Shown in pieces: positions 1-10,231 of a stretch of 64,000 nucleotides of DNA. Position 1 is the stretch's first letter. Each line of letters starts with the position of its first letter. The position numbers and the translations under genes were made by a program. Under the pieces are notes generated by a model, which made no database searches, had not been told where the DNA came from, and saw nothing but the letters and a program-made list of their open reading frames with translations. The DNA comes from an uncultured Candidatus Rokubacteria bacterium (GTDB lineage: Bacteria > Methylomirabilota > Methylomirabilia > Rokubacteriales > DASRDR01). The DNA is taken from positions 960,001-1,024,000 of the forward strand of contig CAWDVE010000010.1 of assembly GCA_963805625.1 (NCBI GenBank), in the 5' to 3' direction.

Positions 1-81
1 CGTGGGCCGCGGCGCCCGCGTGCTACACTTCGTCGGCCCGACAGCGTCCGGGACCGCCGTCCGGCGCTCGGCCCAGGAGGC

Positions 82-741
82 GTGACGGCCCTGTCACTCG
101 AGCGGTTCTTCTCGCCGGCGGACCACGCGGCGATCGAAGCGGCGGTGCGCGAGGCAGAGACGCGGAGCGCCGGCGAGGTCGTCCCGTATGCCGTCGAGCG
201 CTCCGACCGCTACGCGCGCGCCGTCTGGACCGCCGCGACCCTGGGCGCCCTCGCCGGAGCCCTGGCCGCCGCCCTCATCCGGTGGTCCGGGGACTTCTGG
301 GGAGGCCCCGTGGCGCTCTGGATCGCGCTGCCGCCGGCAACGGGCGCCGCCCTAGCCGGGCTCGCGGCGTTCGCCCTTCCTGCCCTGCGCCGCCTCCTCG
401 TATCCCCCGAGGTCATGGCCGAGCGAGTCCGCCAGCGCGCGGCCGAGGCCTTCCTGGCGGAAGAGATCTTCCGCACCCGCGATCGCACCGGAATCCTGAT
501 CTTCGTCTCCCTGTTCGAGCGCCGGGTTGTCGTTCGGGCCGACCGCGGCCTCGACGGCGTTGTCACCCCGGGCGAATGGGAGGAGATCGTGGCTGGCATC
601 GCGGCGGGCATGCGCCGTGGCGAGCCGGGGGCGGCGCTCGCCGACGGCATCCGGCGCTGCGCGACCCTGGTGGGTCGCCTCCCTCCGCGACCGGACGATC
701 GGGACGAGCTCCCCGGTCAGCTCCGCCTGGGCCGCGAGTGA
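82..741 (+). CDS. TPM-domain membrane protein
   Basis: AIEAAVREAETRSAGEVV start, two TM segments, TRDRTGILIFVSLFERRVVVRAD, C-terminal DELP; AGGAGG RBS. Confidence 0.85.
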   Translation: MTALSLERFFSPADHAAIEAAVREAETRSAGEVVPYAVERSDRYARAVWTAATLGALAGALAAALIRWSGDFWGGPVALWIALPPATGAALAGLAAFALPALRRLLVSPEVMAERVRQRAAEAFLAEEIFRTRDRTGILIFVSLFERRVVVRADRGLDGVVTPGEWEEIVAGIAAGMRRGEPGAALADGIRRCATLVGRLPPRPDDRDELPGQLRLGRE

Positions 742-1706
742 CCCACCGCGTCGCGGGAGCGGCCTGGCTATGGAACATCCGGGGAGGCGGACGGGCTCCA
801 CGCATCCTCCTGCTAGCCAGCCTCGCCCTGCTGCTCGCGGCTCCCGCCGCCTGGAGCGCGAAGGAGGTGCCATTTCTCGGCGCCCGTGTGAACGATCTGG
901 CTGGCATCGTCCCCCCGCCGCTCCGGGAGCGCCTCGAGACGAAGCTGGCCGACCTGGAGCGCCGGACGGGCGCTCAGGTCGCGGCCCTGACAGTCGACAG
1001 CCTCGAGGGCGACTCGATCGAGGACTACGCGGTGCGGGTCTTCCAGACGTGGAAGCTCGGCCGGAAGGAGGTCAATGACGGGGTTCTCTTCGTCGTGGCC
1101 CGACAGGAGCGCCGCATGCGCATCGAGGTGGGCTACGGCCTCGAGGACCGCCTTACCGACGCCCGCTCGCGGCAGATCCTGGACGACATCGTCCGGCCCC
1201 ACTTCCGCGCCGGGAACTTCGGGCCTGGCATCGAGGCCGGCGTCGACGCCATTGCGGCGGTCATCGAGGGAGCGCCGCTCCCCGTGCCGCATCGCAATCC
1301 GGCTCGCCAGATCGGCTCGGTCGTCGGGATCCTCATCTTCTCGCTCATGTTCCTCGTCGTCATCGGGACGTTTTCCGTGGTCGCGCTCCTCACGCCGGGA
1401 TCCGCCGGCTGGTTTCTCTACCTGTTCCTCACGCCGTTCTACGCGATCTTCCCGTCGATTGTCGTCCCGCCGTACGGCGGCGTGATCGCGGCAGGGATCT
1501 GGCTCGCGCTGTTCCCGATCATCCGGAGCATGCTCCACAGTCCCGGCGGCAAGAAGTTCCGCCAGCGGCACGGCTGGGTGGTCACCCCTTCCACGGGCGG
1601 GGGACGATGGAGCGGCGGGGGCTCGTCGGGCGGCGGCTCCTCGGGCGGCGGTTTTTCGGGGGGCGGCGGATCCTCGGGCGGCGGCGGAGCTTCCAGCAGC
1701 TGGTAG
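738..1706 (+). CDS. TPM-domain (YgcG-like) protein with Gly/Ser-rich tail
   Basis: GTG overlaps the upstream TGA; VNDLAG, WKLGRK..DGVLF, RIEVGYGLE, tail GGFSGGGGSSGGGGASSSW. Confidence 0.88.
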   Translation: MTHRVAGAAWLWNIRGGGRAPRILLLASLALLLAAPAAWSAKEVPFLGARVNDLAGIVPPPLRERLETKLADLERRTGAQVAALTVDSLEGDSIEDYAVRVFQTWKLGRKEVNDGVLFVVARQERRMRIEVGYGLEDRLTDARSRQILDDIVRPHFRAGNFGPGIEAGVDAIAAVIEGAPLPVPHRNPARQIGSVVGILIFSLMFLVVIGTFSVVALLTPGSAGWFLYLFLTPFYAIFPSIVVPPYGGVIAAGIWLALFPIIRSMLHSPGGKKFRQRHGWVVTPSTGGGRWSGGGSSGGGSSGGGFSGGGGSSGGGGASSSW

Positions 1707-1849
1707 GGATCCCGACAAAGACTCGCCGGGGAGCGTGGCCCCCGCCCCCCGGCGGATCCATCTGCGCTCGCGTCCCCGCTCGCACCTGGAGCGTTCTCGG
1801 GACGACCCGCGCGCTCCCCTGTGCAGGGGAGCCGTGATGTCGGGATTCC
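1706..1849. repeat. Imperfect terminal inverted repeat / structured intergenic element
   Basis: gggatcccgaca (1706-1717) vs tgtcgggattcc (1838-1849), 1 mismatch; internal 8-bp hairpin 1813-1832. Confidence 0.5.
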
Positions 1850-2051
1850 GTCACCGGATTGCCCGGCGACGGCGACGTCTAGCGCGGTGGCGTGTCCTCC
1901 ATGGATCGACCTCCTTTTTGACCCGGCTCCCTACCTCGAGCCCTTGACGAGGATCGCGCGCCCCCCGTCACCTCAAATGAACCAAGAAGAGGATCGCCTG
2001 TCAAGAGGGTCGCCACATGACCCGCCGCCCCCTCTCTCGCTGTCTTGACGC

Positions 2052-2384
2052 ATCCTCCTCCAGGCCGCCAAGAACGCGCGCACGCTGCTCCACTCCGGCG
2101 TGACCACGCTCCGGGAGAACGGGGCCAAGGGCCGGGTCGCGTTCTCGCTCCGCGAGGGTATCCGCCGGGAAATCGCGCCCGGGCCGCGGATGGTGATCTG
2201 CGGCTGCCCCATCACCATCACGGGCGGTCACATGGGCTACTTCGGCTCCGAGGCCGACGGCCAGGACGCCGTGCGCGCCGAGGTGCGGAAGCTCCTCAAG
2301 GAGGGCGCCGACGACATCAAGATCGTGGCCACCGTGCTCGACGTCTGGCAGGCCGGACAGCGAGTCGAGCGTGGGGTGGTGTAG
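2052..2384 (+). pseudogene. Amidohydrolase fragment (5' lost, internal deletion)
   Basis: NARTLLHSGVTTLRE..GPRM..PITITGGH..GADDIKIVAT joins directly to a C-terminal-like VLDVWQAG; resembles the full paralog at 29805-31064. Confidence 0.75.
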
Positions 2385-2445
2385 GCTCGCTCCGGCGCGT
2401 CGTGCCCGTCGGAGCCGGTGCTAGGATGTTGGCCGGGAGGACGCC

Positions 2446-3723
2446 ATGACGGGGACCCTCTATGACCTCGTGCTCCGGGGCGGCCGCGTGATCGACCCGG
2501 CCCAGGGTCTCGACACCGCGCTCGATGTAGGCCTCCGCTCCGGGCGGGTCGCGGCGGTGGCCCAAGCTCTCCCCCCCGGGGACGCTCGTGAGGTCGTCGA
2601 CGTCCGCGGACAGATCGTCCTTCCCGGGCTCATCGATACCCACGCGCACGTCTACCAGTACGTCACCGGCCGCTTCGGCCTCGAGGCCGACATGGTGGGC
2701 GTGCATTCGGGGACGACCACCGTGGTCGACCAGGGCGGCCCGAGCTGCATGACGCTCCCGGGCTTCCGGAAGTTCGTCGCGGAGCCGGCGGCAACCCGGA
2801 TCTACGCCTTCCTGTCGGCCTACCTCGTCGGGGGGCTCGAGGGCCACTACTACCCGGCGCTCTACGGTCCCGACGGCGTCGACGTCCCCGCCACCATCCG
2901 CGCCGCCCAGGAGAACGCGGACTTGGTCCGCGGCATCAAGGCCCACGCCGAGATCGGCGGCGTGGCGCGCTGGGGGCTCGAGGTCCTTCGCCTCGCCGCC
3001 GAGATCGCCCGCGAGGCCGATCTCCCGCTCTACGTCCACTTCGGCCAGCTCTGGCCCTTGCCCAAGTCGGGAGCGGGCGCCGCGGACCCGGACGCGATCC
3101 TCCCGCGCGTGGTCGAGATCCTCCGCCCCGGTGACGTCCTCGCGCATCCCTTCACTCGTCATCCCGGGGGCTTCGTCGACCGCGCGGGGCACGTGCACCC
3201 GGTCGTCCGCGAGGCGCTCGCGCGCGGCCTGCGCATCGACGTGGGGCACGGCTCCCATTTCAGCTTCGACGTGGCGCGCCGAGTGCTCGACGCGGGGATC
3301 GTGCCCGACACGCTCGGCGCCGATCTCCACGGCTACAACACCGAGGTGCCGCGGCCGGCGGGCACGCCGCCAGACGCCCACCCGGACCCCGAGCTCCACC
3401 CCTTCGCCGGGAGCACGCGCTTCAGCCTCGCGCGCGCGATGACGGGGCTCATGGCGTGCGGGCTCACGCTGGAGGAGGTCGTGCCGATGGTGACCCAAAA
3501 CGCCGCGCGGATGCTCGGGCGAGAGGACGAGCTGGGCACCCTTCGCCCCGGCACCGTTGCCGACGTCACGGTGCTCGACGACCGGCACGGCCGCTTCTCC
3601 CTCCGGGACAACGGCGGCACGGAGGTGATCGCCGAGCGCCTGCTGATGCCGGCGTTCTGCCTGCGGGCGGGCCGGCGCGTCGACGCTGACGCGCCCATTC
3701 TTCCGCGCGCGGTCGCGGCCTGA
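2446..3723 (+). CDS. Amidohydrolase/deacetylase family metallohydrolase (dihydroorotase-like)
   Basis: PGLIDTHAH, GIKAH, DVGHG, DTLGADLH motifs; GGAGG RBS. Confidence 0.88.
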   Translation: MTGTLYDLVLRGGRVIDPAQGLDTALDVGLRSGRVAAVAQALPPGDAREVVDVRGQIVLPGLIDTHAHVYQYVTGRFGLEADMVGVHSGTTTVVDQGGPSCMTLPGFRKFVAEPAATRIYAFLSAYLVGGLEGHYYPALYGPDGVDVPATIRAAQENADLVRGIKAHAEIGGVARWGLEVLRLAAEIAREADLPLYVHFGQLWPLPKSGAGAADPDAILPRVVEILRPGDVLAHPFTRHPGGFVDRAGHVHPVVREALARGLRIDVGHGSHFSFDVARRVLDAGIVPDTLGADLHGYNTEVPRPAGTPPDAHPDPELHPFAGSTRFSLARAMTGLMACGLTLEEVVPMVTQNAARMLGREDELGTLRPGTVADVTVLDDRHGRFSLRDNGGTEVIAERLLMPAFCLRAGRRVDADAPILPRAVAA

Positions 3724-3809
3724 GCCCGCTCCCCTAGCCCAGAGCGGGCGGCGATCGCCGCGCCCCGCCCTCGTGCCTCGGCTCGAGCTCGTTCAGGGGA
3801 CGGCCCGGA

Positions 3810-4655
3810 TCACGCGAGTGGGGGCCAGTACCGCACTCGCTGGATGTTCCCGTCGCGGCGAGCCAGCATCCAGGTCGAGCCCTTCTTCTTCGGCTCGCCC
3901 GCGCCCACCAGAGCCTCCACGACGTCCCCGTGCGTGCATAGGACCACCGGCCCTGGCCCGAGCCGCCCAAGAAGCGCGCGAGCTTCCTCGACGGACGCGC
4001 CCTCGGCGATCGCCTGATCGGGCTCGACGGGCATCCCCAGCCGGGCGGAGAGGGGCTCGAGAGTCTGCACGCACCGGACGTAGGGGCTCGAGACCAGCCG
4101 AGCGAGCGGGTAGCCGGCGAGCGGCGTCACCATCGCGTCCGCCTGACGGCGCCCCCGCCCGTCGAGCGGGCGCAGGCGGTCGTCGCCAACCCAGCGGTTG
4201 CGATCGCCCGCCTTCGCGTGACGCACGAGGAGGACGAGCGACCGGAACGCCGGCTCTAGAGCGTCCAGGATCGCGCGGTCGCCCGGGTAGGAGAGCTGCC
4301 GCCCGGCGACCGACAGCGGGACCCAGCGGACCTCGTCCACTTCCGAGTTCGGCTGGAACGCGCCGTCCCGGACGGTCATCAGCCAGTAGCGTACTTCCTT
4401 GTCGCGGCCCCGCCGGTCGCGATACCGGCTCTCGCCGAGCTCCGGCCCCAGGAGACAGTCGAAGCCGGTCTCCTCAGCAACCTCGCGCAGTGCGCACTCC
4501 TCGTCCGACTCACCGGGCTCCACCTTGCCTTTCGGCAAGGTCCAGTCCCGGTGTCCGGGGCGATGCACGAGGAGAACCTCGACCTGCCGGCCGGGCCCGA
4601 CTCGGAGGACCGCCCCGCCCGCTGCCCGGACCTCGGACGCTAGGCGGCCTTCCAC
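3810..4655 (-). CDS. NUDIX hydrolase fused to histidine phosphatase (MutT1-like)
   Basis: Nudix box GKVEPGESDEECALREVAEETG; VRHAKA, SSPYVRC, THG; GTG start inferred. Confidence 0.88.
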   Translation of the reverse strand: MEGRLASEVRAAGGAVLRVGPGRQVEVLLVHRPGHRDWTLPKGKVEPGESDEECALREVAEETGFDCLLGPELGESRYRDRRGRDKEVRYWLMTVRDGAFQPNSEVDEVRWVPLSVAGRQLSYPGDRAILDALEPAFRSLVLLVRHAKAGDRNRWVGDDRLRPLDGRGRRQADAMVTPLAGYPLARLVSSPYVRCVQTLEPLSARLGMPVEPDQAIAEGASVEEARALLGRLGPGPVVLCTHGDVVEALVGAGEPKKKGSTWMLARRDGNIQRVRYWPPLA

Positions 4656-6049
4656 GCGCCCTGTCGCACGAGCTCGTCGCCGACCTTCTTTATCCCGCGG
4701 TCGAGACCATCCACCACACGGTCCACCTGCTCGCGCGTGATACAGAGCGGCGGCGACAGCGCAATGACGTGACCCACGGGAAGCGCACGGACGATCAGCC
4801 CATCCTCGAGACACCGGGCCGCGACCTGCTGGCCCACCTTCAGCACGGCGTCGAATGGCCGCCGGCTCGCGGGATCGGCCACGAGCTCGATGCCGGCGAT
4901 GAGGCCGAGGCCCCGGATCTCCCCCACCAGGGGGTGCCCCTTGAACCGCTCCCGGAGGCACGCCTGGAGGTAGGCGCCGGTGCGCTCGGAGTTCCCGACC
5001 ATGTCCTCCCCGAAGAGGATGTCGAGGTTCGCCATCGCCGCGGCTGCACCCACCGGATGCCCGCTGTAGGTGAAGCCGTGGGCGAACGCTCCCACCTCGG
5101 GCGACCCCGCTTGGAGCACCGACCACACACGCTCGGACAGGATCACGGCCGAGAGCGGGAAGTAGCCGCTCGTCAGCCCCTTGGCGACGGTCACCAGATC
5201 GGGCTCGATCCCGTACACCTCGGAGCCGAAATTGCGCCCGAGCCGGCCGAAACCGCAGATGACCTCGTCGGCGATCATCAGCACGTCGTGCTTCCGGAGC
5301 ACGGCCTGGACACGGTCGAAGTACGTCCGGGGCGGCACCAGGACTCCGCCGGCGCCCATGACGGGCTCGGCGATGAATGCCGCGACCGTGTCCGGTCCCT
5401 CCCGCTCGATGAGCGCGTCGAGCTGCGCCGCGAGGGCGGCCGCGTACGCCTCCTCCGTGGTTCCCGGCGCCGCGTCGCGATAGTAGTAGGGCGACGCGGT
5501 GTGGAGCACGTTCGCGATGGGCAGGTCGAAGGCCCGGTGGAACATGGGCAGGCCGGTCAGGCTGGCCGCGGCGACCGTGCTCCCGTGATAGCCGCCGAGC
5601 CGCGAGATGATCTTCTTCTTGCCGGGCTTCCCACGGAGGTTGCTGTAGTACCAGACGAGCTTGACCTGGGTGTCGTTCGCTTCTGAGCCGGAGTTTGCGA
5701 AGAACACCTTGCTCATGCGGCCCGGAAACACCCCCAGCAGGCGGTCCGCGAGCCGGATCTGCGGCTCGTTGGACATCGACGAGAACGTGTGGTAGTAGGC
5801 CAGGCGCCGGGCCTGCGCCCCCATGGCGTCCGCAACCTCGGTCCGGCCGTAGCCGATGTTGACGCACCAGAGGCCCGCGACGGCGTCGAGGTAGCGTCGG
5901 CCGCTCACGTCGGTGAGGGTGAGACCCGACCCCTCGGCCATGATCCGCGGGCCGGTCCGGAGGTGGTCGGCGATCGACGTCGCCGGGTGGAGCACGCTCT
6001 CCTTGTCGAGCGTCTCGAGGGTGGGTCTCTCGGTGGCCTTGCCGCTCAT
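4640..6049 (-). CDS. Class III (omega-amino acid) aminotransferase
   Basis: DAVAGLWC, SGSEAND, YHG, FIAEP, DEVICGFGRLG, AKGLTSGY; AAGGAG RBS before ATG 6049. Confidence 0.92.
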   Translation of the reverse strand: MSGKATERPTLETLDKESVLHPATSIADHLRTGPRIMAEGSGLTLTDVSGRRYLDAVAGLWCVNIGYGRTEVADAMGAQARRLAYYHTFSSMSNEPQIRLADRLLGVFPGRMSKVFFANSGSEANDTQVKLVWYYSNLRGKPGKKKIISRLGGYHGSTVAAASLTGLPMFHRAFDLPIANVLHTASPYYYRDAAPGTTEEAYAAALAAQLDALIEREGPDTVAAFIAEPVMGAGGVLVPPRTYFDRVQAVLRKHDVLMIADEVICGFGRLGRNFGSEVYGIEPDLVTVAKGLTSGYFPLSAVILSERVWSVLQAGSPEVGAFAHGFTYSGHPVGAAAAMANLDILFGEDMVGNSERTGAYLQACLRERFKGHPLVGEIRGLGLIAGIELVADPASRRPFDAVLKVGQQVAARCLEDGLIVRALPVGHVIALSPPLCITREQVDRVVDGLDRGIKKVGDELVRQGAWKAA

Positions 6050-6153
6050 CATCGGCTCCTTCGGCACGTCCGCCACCGATGGCGGGCGGCGTGGAATGGG
6101 TGGTCCAATCGCCTATGATACGCGAAGCGGCCGCCGCGCGCGCGTACTGTCCG

Positions 6154-7395
6154 TCAGCTCCCGCGGTGGTACGCACGGAGCGCCGGCGAGCGCCAGGTGA
6201 TCAACGCCGTCGTGACGAGGCTCCCGACCCCGCCGACGACGACCGCGATGCCGGCGCCGAGCCACTGGGCGACGACCCCCGACTCGAACTCCCCGAGCTG
6301 GGGGCCTCCGATGAAGAACAGCATGCTGATCCCGACCATCCGGCCCCGCAGCCGGTCGGGCGTCTCGAGCTGGCGAACGATGTTGCGGAGCACCGCGCTG
6401 ACCGTGTCGGCCGCCCCCGTGGCCGCGAGGGCGAGGAACATGGGCCAGAACGTCCGCGAGAGCCCGAAGACGACGGTCGCCGCGCCGTAGATCGCCACCG
6501 CCGAGAGGAGGACGACACCGCGCCGCTTGATGCGGCCAGCGAGGCGGACCATGAACGCGCTCGTCAGCACAGCCCCGATCGACGGGGCGGCGTAGAGCCA
6601 GCCGTAGCCGCGCGGCCCCACCTGGAGCACGTCCTGAGCGAAGAGCGGGAGGAGCGCCGTGGCGGAGCAGAAGAAGGTCGCCAGGCCGTCGAGCAGCATC
6701 GTGGCCCGGAGGAGAGGCATCCCGAAGACGAACCGGACACCCTCACCGAGAGCGCGGAGGCTGACGGCACCCCGCGCGGCCGGCTGCACCGGCGGCAGGT
6801 CGCGCATCAGGAGAATCGCTCCGATGGTCGTCAGGAACGAGAGCGCGTTCAGCGCGTACACGGTGGCCACGCCGGACGTCGCCAGCGTGATCCCGGCGAG
6901 GGACGGCCCCACGACGGAGGCGGTCTGGAAGAGGATGGAGTTGAGCCCGATGGCATTGGGCAGGTGCTCACGCGGCACGAGGCTCGGGAGGAGCGCCTGC
7001 CGGGCGGGGGCGTCGGCCGCGCCCGCCGCCGCGCCGACGCCCGCGATGATCAGGATGATCAGGGGATTCGCCCGGTCCGCCGCCGTCACCAGGGCGAGCG
7101 CCGTGGCGGCCAGCATCATCACCACCTGGGCGGCGAGCATGAGCTGCCGGCGATCGACGGCGTCCGCCATCACGCCGCTCCAGAGTCCGAACACGAGAAT
7201 CGGGCCGATCCGCGCGAGACCGACCAGGCCGAGCGACAGCGCCTTCCAGCCCGGTGGGGCGAGGAGCGAGATGTGCCAGAGGATCGCCGCCCCCTGCATC
7301 ATCGTGCCCGACATCGACACGATCTGGCCCATCCAGAGCAGGCGGAAGTTCCGGTGGCCCAGCGCGACGAACGTCGGTGAGGCGGCCGCGGACAT
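6154..7395 (-). CDS. MFS transporter
   Basis: RNFRLLWMGQ, GVMADAVDRR, RLRGR motifs; multiple TM segments. Confidence 0.9.
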   Translation of the reverse strand: MSAAASPTFVALGHRNFRLLWMGQIVSMSGTMMQGAAILWHISLLAPPGWKALSLGLVGLARIGPILVFGLWSGVMADAVDRRQLMLAAQVVMMLAATALALVTAADRANPLIILIIAGVGAAAGAADAPARQALLPSLVPREHLPNAIGLNSILFQTASVVGPSLAGITLATSGVATVYALNALSFLTTIGAILLMRDLPPVQPAARGAVSLRALGEGVRFVFGMPLLRATMLLDGLATFFCSATALLPLFAQDVLQVGPRGYGWLYAAPSIGAVLTSAFMVRLAGRIKRRGVVLLSAVAIYGAATVVFGLSRTFWPMFLALAATGAADTVSAVLRNIVRQLETPDRLRGRMVGISMLFFIGGPQLGEFESGVVAQWLGAGIAVVVGGVGSLVTTALITWRSPALRAYHRGS

Positions 7396-7397
7396 GG

Positions 7398-8006
7398 TTA
7401 GGGCCGCCCCGCGCGGCTCCGAGGAAGCGGAGCGGCGCGCCCCGACCCCCAGGCCTCTCGCACGATCGCCCACCGCTCGTGATCCCGCCAGCGCCCTCCG
7501 ATCTTCAGGTAGCGCGGCGAGAAGCCCTCCTTCCGGAAGCCGAGCCGTCGCACGAGCCTGCGGGAAGCAAGATTCCTCGGCTGGATGTTGGCCTCCAGGC
7601 GGTGGAGTCCGAGACGCCGGAAGGCGTGGCGGAGGACGAGCGCCAGGCCTTCCGTCATGTACCCCTGTCCCGCGTGAGCCTGGAAGGCGTAGTAGCCGAG
7701 GTAGGCGCTCTGCAACGCGGCGCGCACGATCTCGCTCACGTTGACCACGCCCACGATGGCGCCGTCCGCGCGCCGGCAGACGAGCAGGCGGACCCGGTTC
7801 GGTCCGGTCGCTCTGAGCCAGCGCGCCACCGCCGGAGCCGTCGTCGGAGGGTAGACCCACGGTCGGTGGAGCCGGCGGCTCTTGCGAGCAAGCTCGGCGA
7901 GCGCCGGCGCGTCGCGCGCCTCGGGCGCCCTCAGCAGGACATGCCGTCCCGTCTCGAGCGCCCCTGACCGCCGGCGCCCGCTCGCCGGCTGGGGGGACGG
8001 TGGCAC
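7398..8006 (-). CDS. RimJ/RimL-family GNAT acetyltransferase
   Basis: SAYLGY, GQGYMTEGL, LHRLEANIQPRNLAS, GFRKEG..YLKIGGRWRDHE; start inferred. Confidence 0.88.
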   Translation of the reverse strand: MPPSPQPASGRRRSGALETGRHVLLRAPEARDAPALAELARKSRRLHRPWVYPPTTAPAVARWLRATGPNRVRLLVCRRADGAIVGVVNVSEIVRAALQSAYLGYYAFQAHAGQGYMTEGLALVLRHAFRRLGLHRLEANIQPRNLASRRLVRRLGFRKEGFSPRYLKIGGRWRDHERWAIVREAWGSGRAAPLPRSRAGRP

Positions 8007-9109
8007 TAGACGACGACGCCGCGAAGCGTGAGCTCGCGAGCCCGGTGGCAGGCGACGAGGTGCCCGGGCGCGATCGCCTCGAGACGTGGCGTCTCGGTCC
8101 GGCAGGCCGCCACGGCGTACGAGCATCGCGGGTGAAAGTAGCAGCCTGGCGGTGGGTTCGCGGCGTCCGCCACGTCGCCCTCGAGCACGATGCGCCGGGT
8201 CCGGAGCCGCGGATCCGGCTTCGGCACCGCGGAAAGGAGCGCCTCGGTATAGGGATGGCGGGGCGTGGCGAACAGCCGCTCCGTATCGGCAACCTCGACG
8301 ATCCTGCCCACGTACATCACCGCAACTCGATCGCTGACGTGCTTGACGACCGAGAGGTCGTGGGCCACGAACAGGTACGTGAGCCCGAGCTCGGTCTGGA
8401 GATCGAGCATGAGGTTCAGGATCTGCGCCTGGACCGAGACGTCGAGGGCGGAGACCGGCTCGTCCGCGACCACGAGGCTCGGGTTGAGCGCGAGCGCCCG
8501 GGCGATGCCGATGCGCTGGCGCTGCCCGCCGCTGAACGCGTGCGGGAACCGCCGCATGTACTCGGGCCGGAGCCCGACCAGCCGCAGGAGCTCGGCCACG
8601 CGCTCGCTGCGCTCGTGCCGGGTGCCGACGTGGTTCACCAGCAGCGGCTCCCCGACGATGTCGAGCAGCGTCTTCCGGGGATTCAGCGAGGAGAACGGGT
8701 CCTGGAAGATCATCTGCATCTCGCGCCGGAGTGGGCGCAGCCGGCGCTTGGGCAGGGTCGCGACGTCGAGCACCTGGCCATCCCCTCCGCGGAACAGGAT
8801 CTCGCCTGCGGTGGGAGTGATCGCGCGCAGGATGCAGCGAGCCGTCGTCGTCTTGCCGCAGCCGCTCTCCCCGACGAGCGAGAGCGTCTCGCCCCGGCGG
8901 AGCTCGAAGCTCACGTCGTCGACGGCCCGGACGTACCCCGCGAGCCGGCGCAGGAGGCCCCGGCGAATCGGAAAGTACTTCCGGAGCCGCCGCACGTCGA
9001 GGAGCAGCCCATCGGTGGCGGTGGCCTCGTCGAGCCGGCGCGATCGGGCCGACCCGCCGTTGCCGGGATGGCCGACGGGCTCCGCGGCGGCGCCGGCCAG
9101 GTCGCTCAC
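8006..9109 (-). CDS. Oligopeptide/dipeptide ABC ATP-binding protein (OppF/DppF-like)
   Basis: [36 protein letters not shown]. Confidence 0.93.
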   Translation of the reverse strand: MSDLAGAAAEPVGHPGNGGSARSRRLDEATATDGLLLDVRRLRKYFPIRRGLLRRLAGYVRAVDDVSFELRRGETLSLVGESGCGKTTTARCILRAITPTAGEILFRGGDGQVLDVATLPKRRLRPLRREMQMIFQDPFSSLNPRKTLLDIVGEPLLVNHVGTRHERSERVAELLRLVGLRPEYMRRFPHAFSGGQRQRIGIARALALNPSLVVADEPVSALDVSVQAQILNLMLDLQTELGLTYLFVAHDLSVVKHVSDRVAVMYVGRIVEVADTERLFATPRHPYTEALLSAVPKPDPRLRTRRIVLEGDVADAANPPPGCYFHPRCSYAVAACRTETPRLEAIAPGHLVACHRARELTLRGVVV

Positions 9110-10219
9110 TGGCCCGCCTGGGCGCCGGCCGGAACCTCGGCCGAGGCACGCGGCGGATGGTGCAGGAAGCAGCTCACAGCCACACCGCTCTCCCCGTCGA
9201 GTGGCAGGAGCTCCGGCTCGTGGCGCTCGCACGTGCCCCGGATCCACTCCACGCAACGCGGGTGGAACGGACAGCCCGCCGGCCGGTTATGGGGATGCGG
9301 GATGGAGCCCGCGATGGTCGGCAGCTTCGTCCGGACCTGGGCCTGGATGGACGGGATCGACCGCAGCAGGGCCTGCGTGTACGGGTGCCGGGGCGCGTGG
9401 AAGATCGCGTCCACCGGACCGCGCTCGACCACACGGCCGAGATACATCACCACTACCTCGTCGCACATCTCGGCGACCACGCCGAGGTTGTGCGTGATCA
9501 GGATGATCGCCATCCCTTCCCGGGCCTGCAGGTGGCGGAGCAGATCGAGGATCTGCGCCTGTGTCGTCACGTCGAGCGCCGTGGTCGGCTCGTCCGCGAT
9601 GAGGACGCGCGGCCCGCAGGCCAGCGCCGTGGCGATCATCGCGCGCTGTCGCAGGCCTCCGCTCATCTGGAACGCGTACTCGTCCACGCGGCGCTCCGGC
9701 TTGGGGATGCCCACCTGGCGTAGGAGGTCGATCGCACGCTCGCGCGCCCCGCGCGCATCCAGGCCGAGGTGAAGCCGGATCGTCTCGATCATCTGGTTCC
9801 CGACCGTGTGGACGGGGCTGAACGAGGTCATCGGCTCCTGGAAGACGAGCCCGATCTCCCCGCCCCTGATCTGGCGGATCTCCCGGCTCTCGGGATCGAG
9901 CTGCGCGACGTCCACCGTCTCCTCCGGCCGGCCGTTCGCGGACGGGCGCCGGAGGCGGATCTCCCCGCTCACGATCCGGCCCGGCCGCTCCACGATGCGG
10001 AGGATCGACCGCGCGGTGACGCTCTTCCCGCACCCGCTCTCCCCGACGATGCCGAGGGTCCGTCCCGCGTGGAGCTCGAAGCTGGCCCCGTCCACCGCCT
10101 TGACCACCCCCTCCTCCGCGAAGAAGTACGTCCTGCAGATCCCGCACCTCGAGGATCGGGGTCAGACTTTGACTTCTTAACAATCCCGCGTCACCCGTGG
10201 CGAATTGTTTGGAAGTCAA
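9106..10219 (-). CDS. ABC ATP-binding protein (OppD/DppD-like); +1 frameshift near 10136; 5' end lies in the palindromic element
   Basis: [24 protein letters not shown]; N-terminal TPILEVRDL is in another frame from [14 protein letters not shown]. Confidence 0.85.
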
Positions 10220-10231
10220 AGTCTGACCCCG
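10157..10231. repeat. Palindromic REP/MITE-like element, copy 1
   Basis: Perfect 20-bp IR cggggtcagactttgacttc / gaagtcaaagtctgaccccg, plus inner aacaat/attgtt. Confidence 0.9.

Noticed and set aside
1595-1700. GGC-rich tandem repeat
   Set aside because: Ordinary Gly/Ser tail of TPM-family proteins
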